A DNA stretch of 64,000 nt from Cyanidioschyzon merolae (lineage: Eukaryota), in assembly GCA_000091205.1 (NCBI GenBank), contig AP006489.2, one strand, 5' to 3'. This document shows, in pieces, positions 52,451 to 62,713 of this stretch; the stretch's first letter is position 1; every line of letters begins with the position of its first letter. Under the pieces are notes generated by a model. That model did not search any database. It was not told the DNA's origin and saw nothing but the letters and a program-made list of their open reading frames with translations. A program made the position numbers and the translations under genes.

Positions 52451-53211
52451 ACCGCTTCAAGGCATGTCAAGTTACATAGAATGGGGCTCAGCATCAAAAA
52501 AAAGCGCTCCGTACGAATCAGAGCAAACTTCTGGTTTGATTCTCAGAATTCTTCAAGTACCTGGAGCAATTCGTAGTCGGAGGATCACGAGCGACATCTT
52601 CTTCCAGGGCGCATCGCCCTAGAAATCCGCGTACGGTGATGCTCCATGCCATCAACACAACACGGCTTGTGCAGGTAACAGGACAACGCTGCGCGGGTGC
52701 ATATCGGTTACAGCGTCTCGGGCAGCGAGCCAGGTTATGATCGGTATAGAGCGGGCCCGTAGGATCCCATGCACGTCCGCTGGATACGAGCGCAATACCG
52801 CATGTCACCATATACGACATGTTTGAGAGCAAGAACATATTGAATGCACGGCGACGTGTCTATTCAGTAGTGTTTCGACCCGAGGTTCCAACAGGGCCTC
52901 CTTGTAAATCTTCACATTTTCACCGCTACGATAACGCCGACCGCCGTTGAGCTACCAGAAAACAGAGTAGAGCATCCCATTTAGAGATCCAAATAACGCA
53001 GGATGTAAGCAAATGAGGCCTAGGCAATGCTACGTGAATGCTCGCTTCAGGAAACGCATCACGAGTGGATTCGCACCAGCTGAACGCTCTGACGAAGCGT
53101 TTCAAATCCTAAGCCACGTGCTTGCGCTTATTCCGCGTCCGGGCTGTGTCCGGGAACGTTTCAGAGAGGGTGGAGGGTTTTTGATGATGCCCAGGCACAA
53201 TACACCAGGTC

Positions 53212-54822
53212 ATGGAAACGAAAAACTGCGGCAAGCATTCGGATTATGAGAGCTCTGAGGAAGACTTTTTCGTTCTTAGTCGAGACGCTCCGGAACTGGA
53301 CGCGGACGTGCTTGCCGGCGAGTGCGAAGCTGTGGGCGCCTCCGACGATGACGCTATGTTTGCAGGACCCTCGTGGGAAGCCAAGACGACGCTTTCTGCA
53401 GCAGCTCGAGAGCGGAGACGACGCCGAAGCTGCCGCTTGTTGGGACGTTACGGGCCAACCTGGGCGGACTTGTCACCTGAACGCGGTAGTGCGTGTCCGA
53501 GCGTTCACGCCCGAATCGCAGCCGCAACCGCTTCAGTCGCGCCAGCGCAACCTGTAGACCGCAATGCACCAGCGGAAGATTCGTGTACGCCCCGTGGGAC
53601 AGCGCAATCAGAAGAAGAACGTGGAACTACGGACGAGTCCGGACGTCGAGTTTATCCGTCACCGGAGGCGAGTTTAGAGCAGTTGCTACGACGACGACGA
53701 CGACCGCTACGGACCGAGCCCGACGTCTGCTCGCAACTCGGTTCTGAACGCACCTCGCAGGCGAGTTTCGGACGAAACGCAGCGAGACCTATGAATGTTG
53801 GTGACAGCTCTAGCGACGAGGATGTCAAGCTCGTCGCAGAGTATCCAGCAGAGTCCGTAGAGCAGCAGTCACGAACAACATCGAATGAAAATCCACCGGT
53901 ATCGCAAGAGCCGATGATCACCGGCCTTTGTCGAGAAAGAGCGATGAACCGGAGAGGATCACAGAGCTCGGGATGCACGGGAACCAGTGGCAACCTGGTT
54001 TCTTCCGAGGAATCTGACGGACGTACACGGGATAAGCACGCGGAAAAGAGCCTGGTCCACCATCAAAACCACCAACAACAACAACAACAACACCAGGTTG
54101 ATATCGAGGCAGCGAGTCGCGATACAGGGCGCAAGACTGCCAGATCTCGACACAACAAATCCGGGGATCGTCGCACGGCCAAAAGCCTTCGCTCCAATCC
54201 AGAAGCCACTCGCCAGGAGACGGTACATGCACCGCTCAACCGACCTATTCCTATACGGATCATGATGCAAGGCATGGAAGAGCCAATGTATTTCACAGTT
54301 TTCCCGTACACCATACTGGATGAGATATTTGCCACATTTGCCCGGATGCACGGATTCGACTGGCACAACGATCCTCTGCATTTCTATCGGGAAGCCGACG
54401 CCACCCTCATATTGAGCGGTACGCGTACCATAGACTTGGCACTCCAAGCTGGCGAAACAATCCGAGCAGTTCTTCGTAGCGGTGAGCTATCGGCTCCCAT
54501 CCAACGGAACGCCTCTACTGCGGTGAATGCTCTTGCGTCATCCACGCGGCGCACGACGACCTCTGCGGGAACAGTAACATGGCTGCGGATTCGCTATAGC
54601 AGCACGGAAGCGCCTCGTTGCTACGCTTTTGCCATGCACGGCCCAGAGGCAGCTCCACTTGGTGTCCTATTCTCTCGCTTCTGCAAAGACGTCGGCATCT
54701 CCGAGAAACAAACACGATTTCTCGACCCCGACGGTGAGCCGCTCGACCCACAGAGCACAGCAGCCGAGGCGGGGCTTGAGCCAGACGACCTAATCGAGGC
54801 TCGCGTCCACAACGTTCCGTAA
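53212..54822 (+). CDS. Rad60/Esc2/NIP45-family-like protein, with a disordered acidic/Ser-rich N-terminal region and two C-terminal SUMO-like domains.
   Basis: Two beta-grasp-like segments near the C-terminus are PIRIMMQGMEEPMYFTVFPYTILDEIFATFARMHGFDWHNDPLHFYREADATL and TWLRIRYSSTEAPRCYAFAMHGPEAAPLGVLFSRFCKDVGISEKQTRFLDPDGEPLDPQSTAAEAGLEPDDLIEARV. The (CAA)n tract at about 54073-54090 encodes polyQ. Confidence 0.4.
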   Translation: METKNCGKHSDYESSEEDFFVLSRDAPELDADVLAGECEAVGASDDDAMFAGPSWEAKTTLSAAARERRRRRSCRLLGRYGPTWADLSPERGSACPSVHARIAAATASVAPAQPVDRNAPAEDSCTPRGTAQSEEERGTTDESGRRVYPSPEASLEQLLRRRRRPLRTEPDVCSQLGSERTSQASFGRNAARPMNVGDSSSDEDVKLVAEYPAESVEQQSRTTSNENPPVSQEPMITGLCRERAMNRRGSQSSGCTGTSGNLVSSEESDGRTRDKHAEKSLVHHQNHQQQQQQHQVDIEAASRDTGRKTARSRHNKSGDRRTAKSLRSNPEATRQETVHAPLNRPIPIRIMMQGMEEPMYFTVFPYTILDEIFATFARMHGFDWHNDPLHFYREADATLILSGTRTIDLALQAGETIRAVLRSGELSAPIQRNASTAVNALASSTRRTTTSAGTVTWLRIRYSSTEAPRCYAFAMHGPEAAPLGVLFSRFCKDVGISEKQTRFLDPDGEPLDPQSTAAEAGLEPDDLIEARVHNVP

Positions 54823-54852
54823 AGCTCGGCATCCGCAGCTTCCAGCTCGCTA

Positions 54853-55119
54853 TCACTGTACGGATGGAGCACCACCTGCCGCTGGCATGGGTTGGCCCTC
54901 CTGCAACAGCTCTCCAATACGCTGTACGGCGCCCATGTACTTGAAAACGCAGCGATCCACACAGACACCCTCACCAGTTTGCAACTCGCCGTCGTGATAC
55001 CGCGTCACGCACTTGCGGAAGCATGAATCCGTCATTTTTTGAAACAGGTCTGCGTAAAAGCTCATTTCCCTCCGAGCCAAGTCCACGGGGTTTACCCCTG
55101 CAGCAAGTGCACTAGCCAT
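54853..55119 (-). CDS. TIM10: Mitochondrial import inner membrane translocase subunit TIM10 (small Tim, twin Cx3C).
   Basis: The 88-aa MASALAAGVNPVDLARREMSFYADLFQKMTDSCFRKCVTRYHDGELQTGEGVCVDRCVFKYMGAVQRIGELLQE carries twin C-x3-C motifs and aligns with yeast Tim10 (NNCYKKC...[22 protein letters not shown]). It is the in-frame C-terminal part of track ORF 54853..55869. Confidence 0.75.
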   Translation of the reverse strand: MASALAAGVNPVDLARREMSFYADLFQKMTDSCFRKCVTRYHDGELQTGEGVCVDRCVFKYMGAVQRIGELLQEGQPMPAAGGAPSVQ

Positions 55120-55869
55120 TGACACAGCCAACAACAAACGCCTTTGAAAAGAAAAACGCTGCCGCCAGTGGTGCACAGTAGTGGCGGCGAACGCGCCCCG
55201 GACAAGCAGTCTCCAGCTGACGGGCAGACGCATCCCAGCCTTGCTGGGCAGGCCACCCACCACTGGTTTCAACTTTTTCTCATATAGTTGGACTTTGAGA
55301 GGTTGTCCAACAAAGTTCTCTCTTGTCTGCTGTGGAGGTCTTTTCTCAATCGCCGCGCATCTCCTTATATTGACGGCGGCGTTAAAGTCTCGGTTCACAA
55401 ACCGCATACGTTTCTTGCCGTCGTTGGTTGTACTTACGAATGCGAGTAGCCCTCGCACTTTTGTTCTCCTCTCCATTTGCACCTCCGGCAGCGGTCCGTA
55501 CTTTGCTATGTCTTCAGGACTCCCCTGGCGCTTTTCCATCTCGACCCTTTGAAGTGTACACTCCAGCTCATGGTGTGTATCGGACGTTCGGAACTCATCT
55601 ATCCGTATCGTAACAAAACGCCGTGCATTCTCCTTGTACGTTCTTGTCGTTGGAGCTGGCGGAGTCCCTTTGTGGGTCTTCCAGCGCCCCACTCCGTATG
55701 CTACTACGAGCCTCTGACTTTCAAGCTCTCTCAAGGCACTCAACTCATTGAAAAATTCGCGAACGCCCGCTGCTGACCACAATACGGATTCATACGCAAA
55801 CGAGCCCACCGGGGCTTTGTATACTCTTCCCACAGCGCCTCCCAAGGAGCAACATGAACATCCATGCAT
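55120..55869 (-). pseudogene. Fanzor/TnpB-like nuclease, C-terminal segment (RuvC-II Glu, a degenerate zinc-finger region, RuvC-III). It reads through in-frame into TIM10.
   Basis: RFVTIRIDEFRTSDTHHELECTLQRV has the E(x)TS motif of RuvC-II. The expected CxxC...CxxC zinc finger is missing. FVNRDFNAAVNIRRCAA is RuvC-III. No stop codon occurs before the TIM10 ATG. Confidence 0.55.
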
Positions 55870-57068
55870 TTCAGAAAAGCTTCAAAGTCCGCTGCGCGGC
55901 TCGTCACCTTGCTCATAGCTTCCAGGTGCTTCTTCAATCCAGCATTCTCTATCTCGATTTTCTTCCTTGCATTCATTATACCGGATTCTCGGTAGTATCT
56001 CGCTCTCGAGAACCTCAAACGACGCATGTCGTTCTGACGTAATTTACTGTGCGTACCGTATTCCGCACGCTGGGGTACTGCGATGGTTATGATATTTGTG
56101 TTTCCGGGGTCCGCGCCAACGACAAAGTCGTTATTCTCTACCTCTTGCGTCGCAGGATCCTCCTCTTTGTTTTCCTCATGCTTCGCCGCGCCAACGACAA
56201 GGTCGTTATCCTCTACCTCCTGCGTCGCAGGACCCGCCTTCTCCTTGTCTTCATCCTTCGTGACGGGCGCAGCCGAGGGAGGGACTGGCCGGGCTCTCTT
56301 CAACCGCCGATAGTGTATACACAAGGCTACTCCATCGGTTTCAATCATCAAAGTGAACAATTTTTGCTTGCTCACTCTCAAACGTTTAAAATTGAAGATA
56401 TTCTTCCAGTACGTCTCCCGGTTCTCGCCGGCGAAGTCCTCCCTGCTAACGTTGAACTCCGAACAGATCTCCTTCATGATGCCATGAAGGATTCCGGAGT
56501 CGATAGTCCCAAAATGTGACTTGATATTGGACAATGGGACCACGTTGAAGCGCTTCCCCATTAGGAAATCCTTCCGTCTCTCCCACTCTTCATTTGTCTC
56601 TTCACGCAGCATCACCGCTGCCTTGGCTTCGAGCTCTCGGTCCAGAAACACGAAATAGCACAGAATGAGGCGATCGTATCTTTCCTGATCTTTGCTCAAC
56701 TCTGATACCTTGTCTGTTGGATTCGGTAGCCCCAGTACCGCACGATGCTCTTGTATAACCGTACGGATCGCAGAAGCTTCATTCGTGCTCACTTTTGACG
56801 CCTTCTTGTCGACAAATTCGACCTCATCTTCACGCTTGCGATCTTTCATGATGCCATTGATAATCGTCCATTTTCCATTGCGAGAGATGCGCGGGTAGAG
56901 TGCAACCACGGCGCGTATCATGAAACGTTCGAGGTCCATTGTCAAATGGTTCTTCAGGTCCGTGAGGTACTTCTTCGCCCCGTAGGTGTACATATCCCGG
57001 TCACCCTTGTAGCGAGTACCCTCGAAGCTGTAAAAGGGGTGTTTTTCGTGGAGGGTATGCACTAGCAC
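55740..57068 (-). pseudogene. Fanzor/TnpB-like nuclease, N-terminal segment (WED/REC-like region plus RuvC-I), containing an internal 75-bp tandem duplication.
   Basis: ...[54 protein letters not shown] shows a 25-aa tandem repeat (DNA 56116-56190 and 56191-56265). The second copy carries the RuvC-I aspartate motif. The ORF terminates at 55740 out of frame with the downstream RuvC-II/III segment. Confidence 0.55.
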
Positions 57069-58614
57069 ATTTTCCCTCCGCGTGTTCCCTGCGCCAACCC
57101 TCAGGTGACGAATAAAGGTTGCCGAAAACTCCCTCTGGAATCTCGACTGTTTCCATGTGCGTCACATCGCGATACATCTCCCTCGCCAAATGCATCAGTC
57201 CTGACGACGCCCTGGCAATACGCTTGGAGTACGACTAGGCACGTTTTTTGATGGCGCCTCGCAACTTTTCCCTGTACGAATCCTTGATATGTCCAAGAAG
57301 ACCGGCTTTCACTACCATTTCGTCGTACAGGTGTCTTTCTTGCCGCCTTCGACGTAGGGCCTCCCCTCTTCGGTCCTTCTTATCTTCCTTTTTTTCCGGA
57401 CTCGGCACTGTTTTTTGTTTTTTTTCTCTGGCAGCCGGCGACCCTGGGCCTCCAGGATCGTCGACTTGCTTTTTCATAACTTTCCTTTTTTAGATTTTTT
57501 TGAAAAAGAACGTTCTTTGAACGCTTCTGTTATATACTGCGAAAAAACGCTTGAATACACTTGTTTGAGGTTTGAAACACAATTGAAATCAAAACTATAC
57601 TTGGATATGAAGCTCACGAAAATCTGACTTTTACAGCTGAACGACACGCAACTGATCAAGATCGCGTTTCCCTTCAACGGCGGCGGCATGCGCGTCGTGC
57701 CAGTTGACTACTGCCAGCTCTGCCAGATGCACTCACTGACCGCGATGCGTGCACCGCGCGAGACGCTACACGGATCGATGAAGGACACGTGTCCGACGTC
57801 GCATTAGCACATGCGTGTTCTCACCGACGCACTGCAGCGGAAATCAGGTGTCCTAGATCGGAAACTCACGTAGAGTGATCCCCTGCGCTAGGCTCTGTCG
57901 CTGGTGCCGAAACTACTGCCCATCGCCGTACTACCCTAGCATACAAGGGGATGCTGGGGCCTGGCACAAAACTCAGCGATGACTCCAGCACACGCGTAGC
58001 CATCGTAGCATCTTGCGCTTTTGTGGGTAAGGCATGCATCAACCTAGTCATTAGGAGTTTCGATAGTTGTATTTATCGTACACAAACTAGGTGTAGTCGT
58101 GTACCCGAGTACGAATAATATACGTTTATTCCCGATTCTTGTTATGCATGCCGCACGGACGCTGGAATGAGGAACAGATTTGAATTCTGCTTTTATCCGG
58201 CGTCATCGGCGGGCACTGATGACAGTTCAGTATATTGCCATGCTGCCGTCGTTGTCTAACTTATGGTGTCTGCTTCGTTCGAAGGATCCGGTGATCTTGG
58301 TAGAGGCATCGCACACATGTAGCGTGCATATGTAGCACCGCGTTCGACCGACGCATTTCGCCCGGAACGATCGAGGCACCAGCAGCACAAGGCGCTGCAC
58401 CGACCTGAAGGACGGGCGGAGAGGCCCGGCAAGAGTAAATATTGTATAAAGTAGCATATTTAGGAATCTATATGATCCATTTTGCATACGCTGCACGAAA
58501 CGCTTGTCGCACTTGCGAACGCTTTGCAAGCGCTATCCGACAGCGCGTTTCAAGGGCGAACGCGTGCGTCTCGACGTAAAACCCACTGTGTGGAGGCGCT
58601 AGGAGCGCTCTAGA

Positions 58615-60084
58615 ATGCAGTCGCTCGTTGGATCCACTGCAAATAGAGACCCGGATGGCGTGGCAGAAGAGGCGAGACCTGGACACGTTGGTTTCGATCC
58701 GCAGCGCCCCTCGTTCTGTCTACAAGGGGAACGCGAGAAAATCGACGCTGAACGGGCACGGGCTCTCTTCACACCGCTTCGAGATGCAAGCATCGCAACA
58801 ACCTCGGGAACAGAAGCTGATCCGAGCTTTGAACGAGTGTCGCTTTCGGGCAAGTCATTCGATGTAGAGGCGGCGGGCGTTGCTGCGGAGCATATTGCGC
58901 TGTTACGACCTGGTTCGGTGCGGTACCTACAACTGGCGGATGTGATTGCTGGCCAGTCCGAAATCGAGGCCCTGCAGGTGCTGGAGTTGCTCGCAGCAGC
59001 GTTCGCTGCTCATCAAGTGGTAGAGCTGGACCTCAGTGACAATGCACTGGGCGCTAAAGGTGTTCGAGCGTGCGCAGCGCTGTTCCAGCGCTCGGAACGG
59101 CTCGAAAGCCTGATCCTCTGTAACAACGGCCTCGCTGCAGACGCGATCAAGCTCATTGTGGACGCGTTGACGGGATCCGAAAAACGTGTATACCTCAAAA
59201 AACTACATCTCTTCAACAATCTATTGAAAGACGAGGGTGCCCTCGCTTTGGTGCCGCTTATCGAGCGAGCACCACTGTTGGAGGATTTCCGTTTCGCCTC
59301 GCTGCGGGTCTCTCGAGGCGGGAGCATTGCCGTGGCTGAAGCTCTGACCCGCGTAGCGCCAACGCTTAGACGCCTCGATATGACCGATAATGTTATCGGC
59401 AAGGACGGCGCGAAAGCGCTTGCCCAGCTCCTCGAACAACAGACGCACCTCGAGGAATTGTACCTGCGAGATTGCCTGCTCACCGATGCGGGTGCACGCT
59501 GTATTTTAGAGGCACTCATGCGACAGACGGAGCAACCGCGCCTTCGCGTACTGGACTTGTCAGGAAACGAGCTCATCGGCGCCGCAACTGGTTCACTGTT
59601 AGGCAAATTCCTTGAACATTGCGCCCCGACGCTAACACATCTGCGCCTCGACGAGAACGAACTGGGTGACGGGGGGGCACTTGCGATCGCCAATGCATTG
59701 GCCAGGGATCCGCAGCGTTTTCGACTCGTTGAACTCTCACTATATCTGAACGATATTGGCGGCCGCGCTGCTTTCATGCTCGTCCAGCGCTGTGTTCGGA
59801 TTGCAAGTATGTGCGTCTTGAATCTGAACGGGAATCGTCTGGGATGCATCGCGCTAGAGCACATAGAGCGACTGGTTGCTGGTACACCTCTTGCATCCAG
59901 TTTTGTGGATCTGGACGAAAACAATGAATCCGAGGACGAAGATGCCACCTCCGATATCTTCCAGCAACTCCGCATCGTGGAGGGATCAGACTCGGCCGAA
60001 GCCGAAGCCGAAGCCGACGCAATCACCGCACAGTTGCACGATCTGCAGGTCACCACAGCACCCAATGCCAGCGAGGCGTCGTGA
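58615..60084 (+). CDS. Ran GTPase-activating protein (RanGAP)-like protein with ribonuclease-inhibitor-type LRRs and an acidic C-terminal tail.
   Basis: Repeated 28-29-aa LRR_RI units are visible (LEELYLRDCLLTDAGARCILEALMRQ..PRLRVLDLSGNELIGAATGSLLGKFLEHCAPTLTHLRLDENELGDGGALAIANAL). The acidic tail DENNESEDEDATSD...AEAEAEAD follows. Confidence 0.55.
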   Translation: MQSLVGSTANRDPDGVAEEARPGHVGFDPQRPSFCLQGEREKIDAERARALFTPLRDASIATTSGTEADPSFERVSLSGKSFDVEAAGVAAEHIALLRPGSVRYLQLADVIAGQSEIEALQVLELLAAAFAAHQVVELDLSDNALGAKGVRACAALFQRSERLESLILCNNGLAADAIKLIVDALTGSEKRVYLKKLHLFNNLLKDEGALALVPLIERAPLLEDFRFASLRVSRGGSIAVAEALTRVAPTLRRLDMTDNVIGKDGAKALAQLLEQQTHLEELYLRDCLLTDAGARCILEALMRQTEQPRLRVLDLSGNELIGAATGSLLGKFLEHCAPTLTHLRLDENELGDGGALAIANALARDPQRFRLVELSLYLNDIGGRAAFMLVQRCVRIASMCVLNLNGNRLGCIALEHIERLVAGTPLASSFVDLDENNESEDEDATSDIFQQLRIVEGSDSAEAEAEADAITAQLHDLQVTTAPNASEAS

Positions 60085-60298
60085 TCCTGAAAACAAAGCG
60101 AACGAGTCAGCTATGAACTGAACGATACACCTGGAGCGCACTCCAGCATTTCGCTTTACATCCCTTCATGGTGCGGGTAACGCACCGCCAGCGACGGCGG
60201 TAGCTCAGTGCGAGCGCTGGCGCCTCGAATCCACGCGACTTCCAGAGAGGGAGAGGGCGCGCGCGATGCCGTACCCCTCGGCAACCAGAGCGTCCCGC

Positions 60299-62713
60299 TT
60301 ACCAGATAAAGTCGCCAAGTTGATGCCGCTGTCGATGATGGACGTGATATTCACGGATACCCGATTCGGTGCCGACCATCAGTGAGGACCCGTGTCGCGC
60401 GAATCCCAGACCAGCGATATGTTCCTCCTGCTCTTGCCACGGTGAGCCTCTTCTGCTCGCTTCGTCGGAACGACCCGCGCTTGAGAGGTTGATGGTCTGT
60501 ACTTGGTCGCCATAGGTTCTGGCACAGGCAATGTGTACGTATTTTTGATGCTCAGCAAAAACCAAAAGATCAACGTCGGCCTCTGCGGGGGAGAACTTCA
60601 CTGAGCGGCATGCACTACGGATCGGGAACAGCGACTGGGTATAGTAGCGGACCAGCGGCTTGTTGAGAAAACGTGTATCCCATACACAGCACGTGCCGTC
60701 CTGGCTTGCGACTGCAAACTGCCGACCCGATGGATGCCAGGCAGCAGAGATGCCGGCATCCAGGGCCTCGCGCAGGGTGGTATGAAGACGAAACCCACCC
60801 CCCGTGCTTGGCGATAAGGAGTCGAAGAGGAAAACCTCAGCGCTATCGCCCACAGCGAGCAGTCGCTTCGCGTCCGGTGAGACAGCTGTGTAGTTGATAT
60901 TTGTGGAACAGCGAATAACCTGGTCGGGTTCTAAGGTTCGTGCGCGGCGCTGTGATGCAAGCGTTGATGACGGTAATCCAGATGAAGCTGAATGTGCATC
61001 GTTTGTGGTGGACGCGACGTGACCTTCCCGCACGCGTTCCAGATCAAAGATTTTCACTGATTCATCGTTCGTTGATACCAGCAGGTATCGCGGAAGAGCG
61101 CCTGACCACGCTGTGGTCGGTGCGTCCCATGATGTTGCCTCCAGATACCAAGACTGCGTTCGTGCCGCGTCTGCCGGTGTCGGCGCCATGGTAAGCGCAT
61201 TGTTCACCACACCGGCTCGCAGCTCGCCACAGAGCAACGTTGTGCAGTGTACTGAATCCGTAACTTCTGCCGTCCGACCCAGATGCGGGCCCCAAAACCC
61301 GCTCTGTTCAACAGCCAAGTCGTACTGTTGGTATCCCCAACGATATGAACCCTCTAGCTCTCGAGTTATGTGAGCGGGTGTCCGCTCCACTCGGCGGTTG
61401 AGATATGAGTCGTCGTCGTCGTCGTCGGTTAGATTTTCCCCCTCTTGCGGGTATGCGTCTGGTGAGCCATCATGATCAGCTTGGATGCCCTCGCTTGCAA
61501 TGTGATTCAGGTGCCCAACTACCAGCTGACCACCTTGTCCGCCCACAGCAACGTACGGTTCCATGACGCATAGGCTTGTTGGCCAGAACGAATATTTTTG
61601 AAGTCTTTGCGAGCGGTAGCGCTTGTCTGTGGGAGCAGGCGACATCTCTCGCTCCGTTGGCATACTTGCCGATGGAGGACGCCTCAATGCAGATGGATGC
61701 GTGCTTGTTTCGAGTTGTCTACTCGAACGCTGCCAAGAATCTTGATTCAGCAAGGCGGTCGTGCGCCCAGAAGGCTCCAATCGAGGTCGCGGGTCCATCG
61801 CCTGCCGTGGATCTGCCGAGCGCCTTGATCGCGACCTTGCGGGCACCGTACGATAGTTATTCACTCCTGATTCTCTATCCTGGACAGATACAGGGCCAGT
61901 GCCGCCAACCCGAACGAGCCGAATACGAGTGTCTGCGCTAGGTGCTTCGCGGATCAATTGCGTAAGCATGCGCGCACTCTGCTCCAACTCCAAACGTAAA
62001 AGCTCATCGATCTGCGAACCCGCGAGCATCGTGGCGGCTTCGGCGCCAGTGAGTGGCATGAACAGCGGCAGAACACTCGCGTCTGGCTCGCTGTTCGCGC
62101 CTGCGGTGGAGCGTCGCGGACTGCGGTCACGTCGATCACTTGGAATCCTTCCCGCGGTGGCAGTACGCGTGGGCACGGGCAGGTATGCGGAGCTCACGTC
62201 GTTGTCGTCAGCATCGTCCCAGAGGTGAGATGCGTCATGAAACTCTGGCAGGTTGGCTCGCGCTGTCTCACCAGCATCTGCACGTCTCTGACGCTCTCGC
62301 AGTTCTCTCCGCAAAAGAAAAAGGTAGCGCTCACGAGCAAGGCTTTCGAGGGCATCGCGAACCCGGCTAGCTACACGTGCGCCAGCCGGGAGCGCCGCCG
62401 CTCGGACACTAGCTGTGTCTCCTTCTTGAGCTAGCGTGTGCCAGTACTTCAAGTCCAGCCGCCGAAGCGACCCCTCTGACACAAAGTACACAAACCGTCC
62501 CGTACCGAATGGATACGAAGGCACGTGAAGCAAGTCCCGCAGTTGCCAGTGCTGGATAGTACACGGCTCGTCGTAGAAGAGACAGGGCGAAACGGAAACA
62601 AAGTCAGCGGAGCTGTTAGCCGCGTTCTTGGTTACGACTCTCCAGACAGCACCAACTTCGGTCTCCGTCGGTGCCCCTGGAATCGTCATTGTACAACAAC
62701 CTCGCAGGCACAA
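60299..62713 (-). CDS. WD40-repeat protein of unassigned family, with an acidic D-rich insertion.
   Basis: The C-terminal half carries WD-like blades (GRQFAVASQDGTCCVWDTRFLNKPLVRY; AVSPDAKRLLAVGDSAEVFLFD). The N-terminal 350 aa is low-complexity. It is an 804-aa uninterrupted ORF. Confidence 0.45.
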   Translation of the reverse strand: MCLRGCCTMTIPGAPTETEVGAVWRVVTKNAANSSADFVSVSPCLFYDEPCTIQHWQLRDLLHVPSYPFGTGRFVYFVSEGSLRRLDLKYWHTLAQEGDTASVRAAALPAGARVASRVRDALESLARERYLFLLRRELRERQRRADAGETARANLPEFHDASHLWDDADDNDVSSAYLPVPTRTATAGRIPSDRRDRSPRRSTAGANSEPDASVLPLFMPLTGAEAATMLAGSQIDELLRLELEQSARMLTQLIREAPSADTRIRLVRVGGTGPVSVQDRESGVNNYRTVPARSRSRRSADPRQAMDPRPRLEPSGRTTALLNQDSWQRSSRQLETSTHPSALRRPPSASMPTEREMSPAPTDKRYRSQRLQKYSFWPTSLCVMEPYVAVGGQGGQLVVGHLNHIASEGIQADHDGSPDAYPQEGENLTDDDDDDSYLNRRVERTPAHITRELEGSYRWGYQQYDLAVEQSGFWGPHLGRTAEVTDSVHCTTLLCGELRAGVVNNALTMAPTPADAARTQSWYLEATSWDAPTTAWSGALPRYLLVSTNDESVKIFDLERVREGHVASTTNDAHSASSGLPSSTLASQRRARTLEPDQVIRCSTNINYTAVSPDAKRLLAVGDSAEVFLFDSLSPSTGGGFRLHTTLREALDAGISAAWHPSGRQFAVASQDGTCCVWDTRFLNKPLVRYYTQSLFPIRSACRSVKFSPAEADVDLLVFAEHQKYVHIACARTYGDQVQTINLSSAGRSDEASRRGSPWQEQEEHIAGLGFARHGSSLMVGTESGIREYHVHHRQRHQLGDFIW

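Larger units (their letters stand above)
55120..57650 (-). mobile_element. Fanzor/TnpB-like (OMEGA-type RuvC nuclease) element, apparently degenerate.
   Basis: See the two ORF segments listed next. RuvC-I ([13 protein letters not shown]), RuvC-II (FVTIRIDEFRTSD) and RuvC-III (NRDFNAAVNIRR, the RDxNAAxNI hallmark) appear in canonical order but split across two frames. A K/R-rich, NLS-like N-terminal ORF lies at 57235..57477(-). The 5' end region is AT-richer and has a diverged second copy at 27.23-27.6 kb. Confidence 0.6.

Noticed and set aside
60179-60260. A tRNA-like stretch, ggtagctcagtg...cctcgaatcc, with D-loop-like and T-loop-like motifs.
   Set aside because: The two motifs are only about 20 nt apart. 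No acceptor stem or anticodon arm can be folded, so at most it is a tRNA-derived remnant and not a functional tRNA gene.
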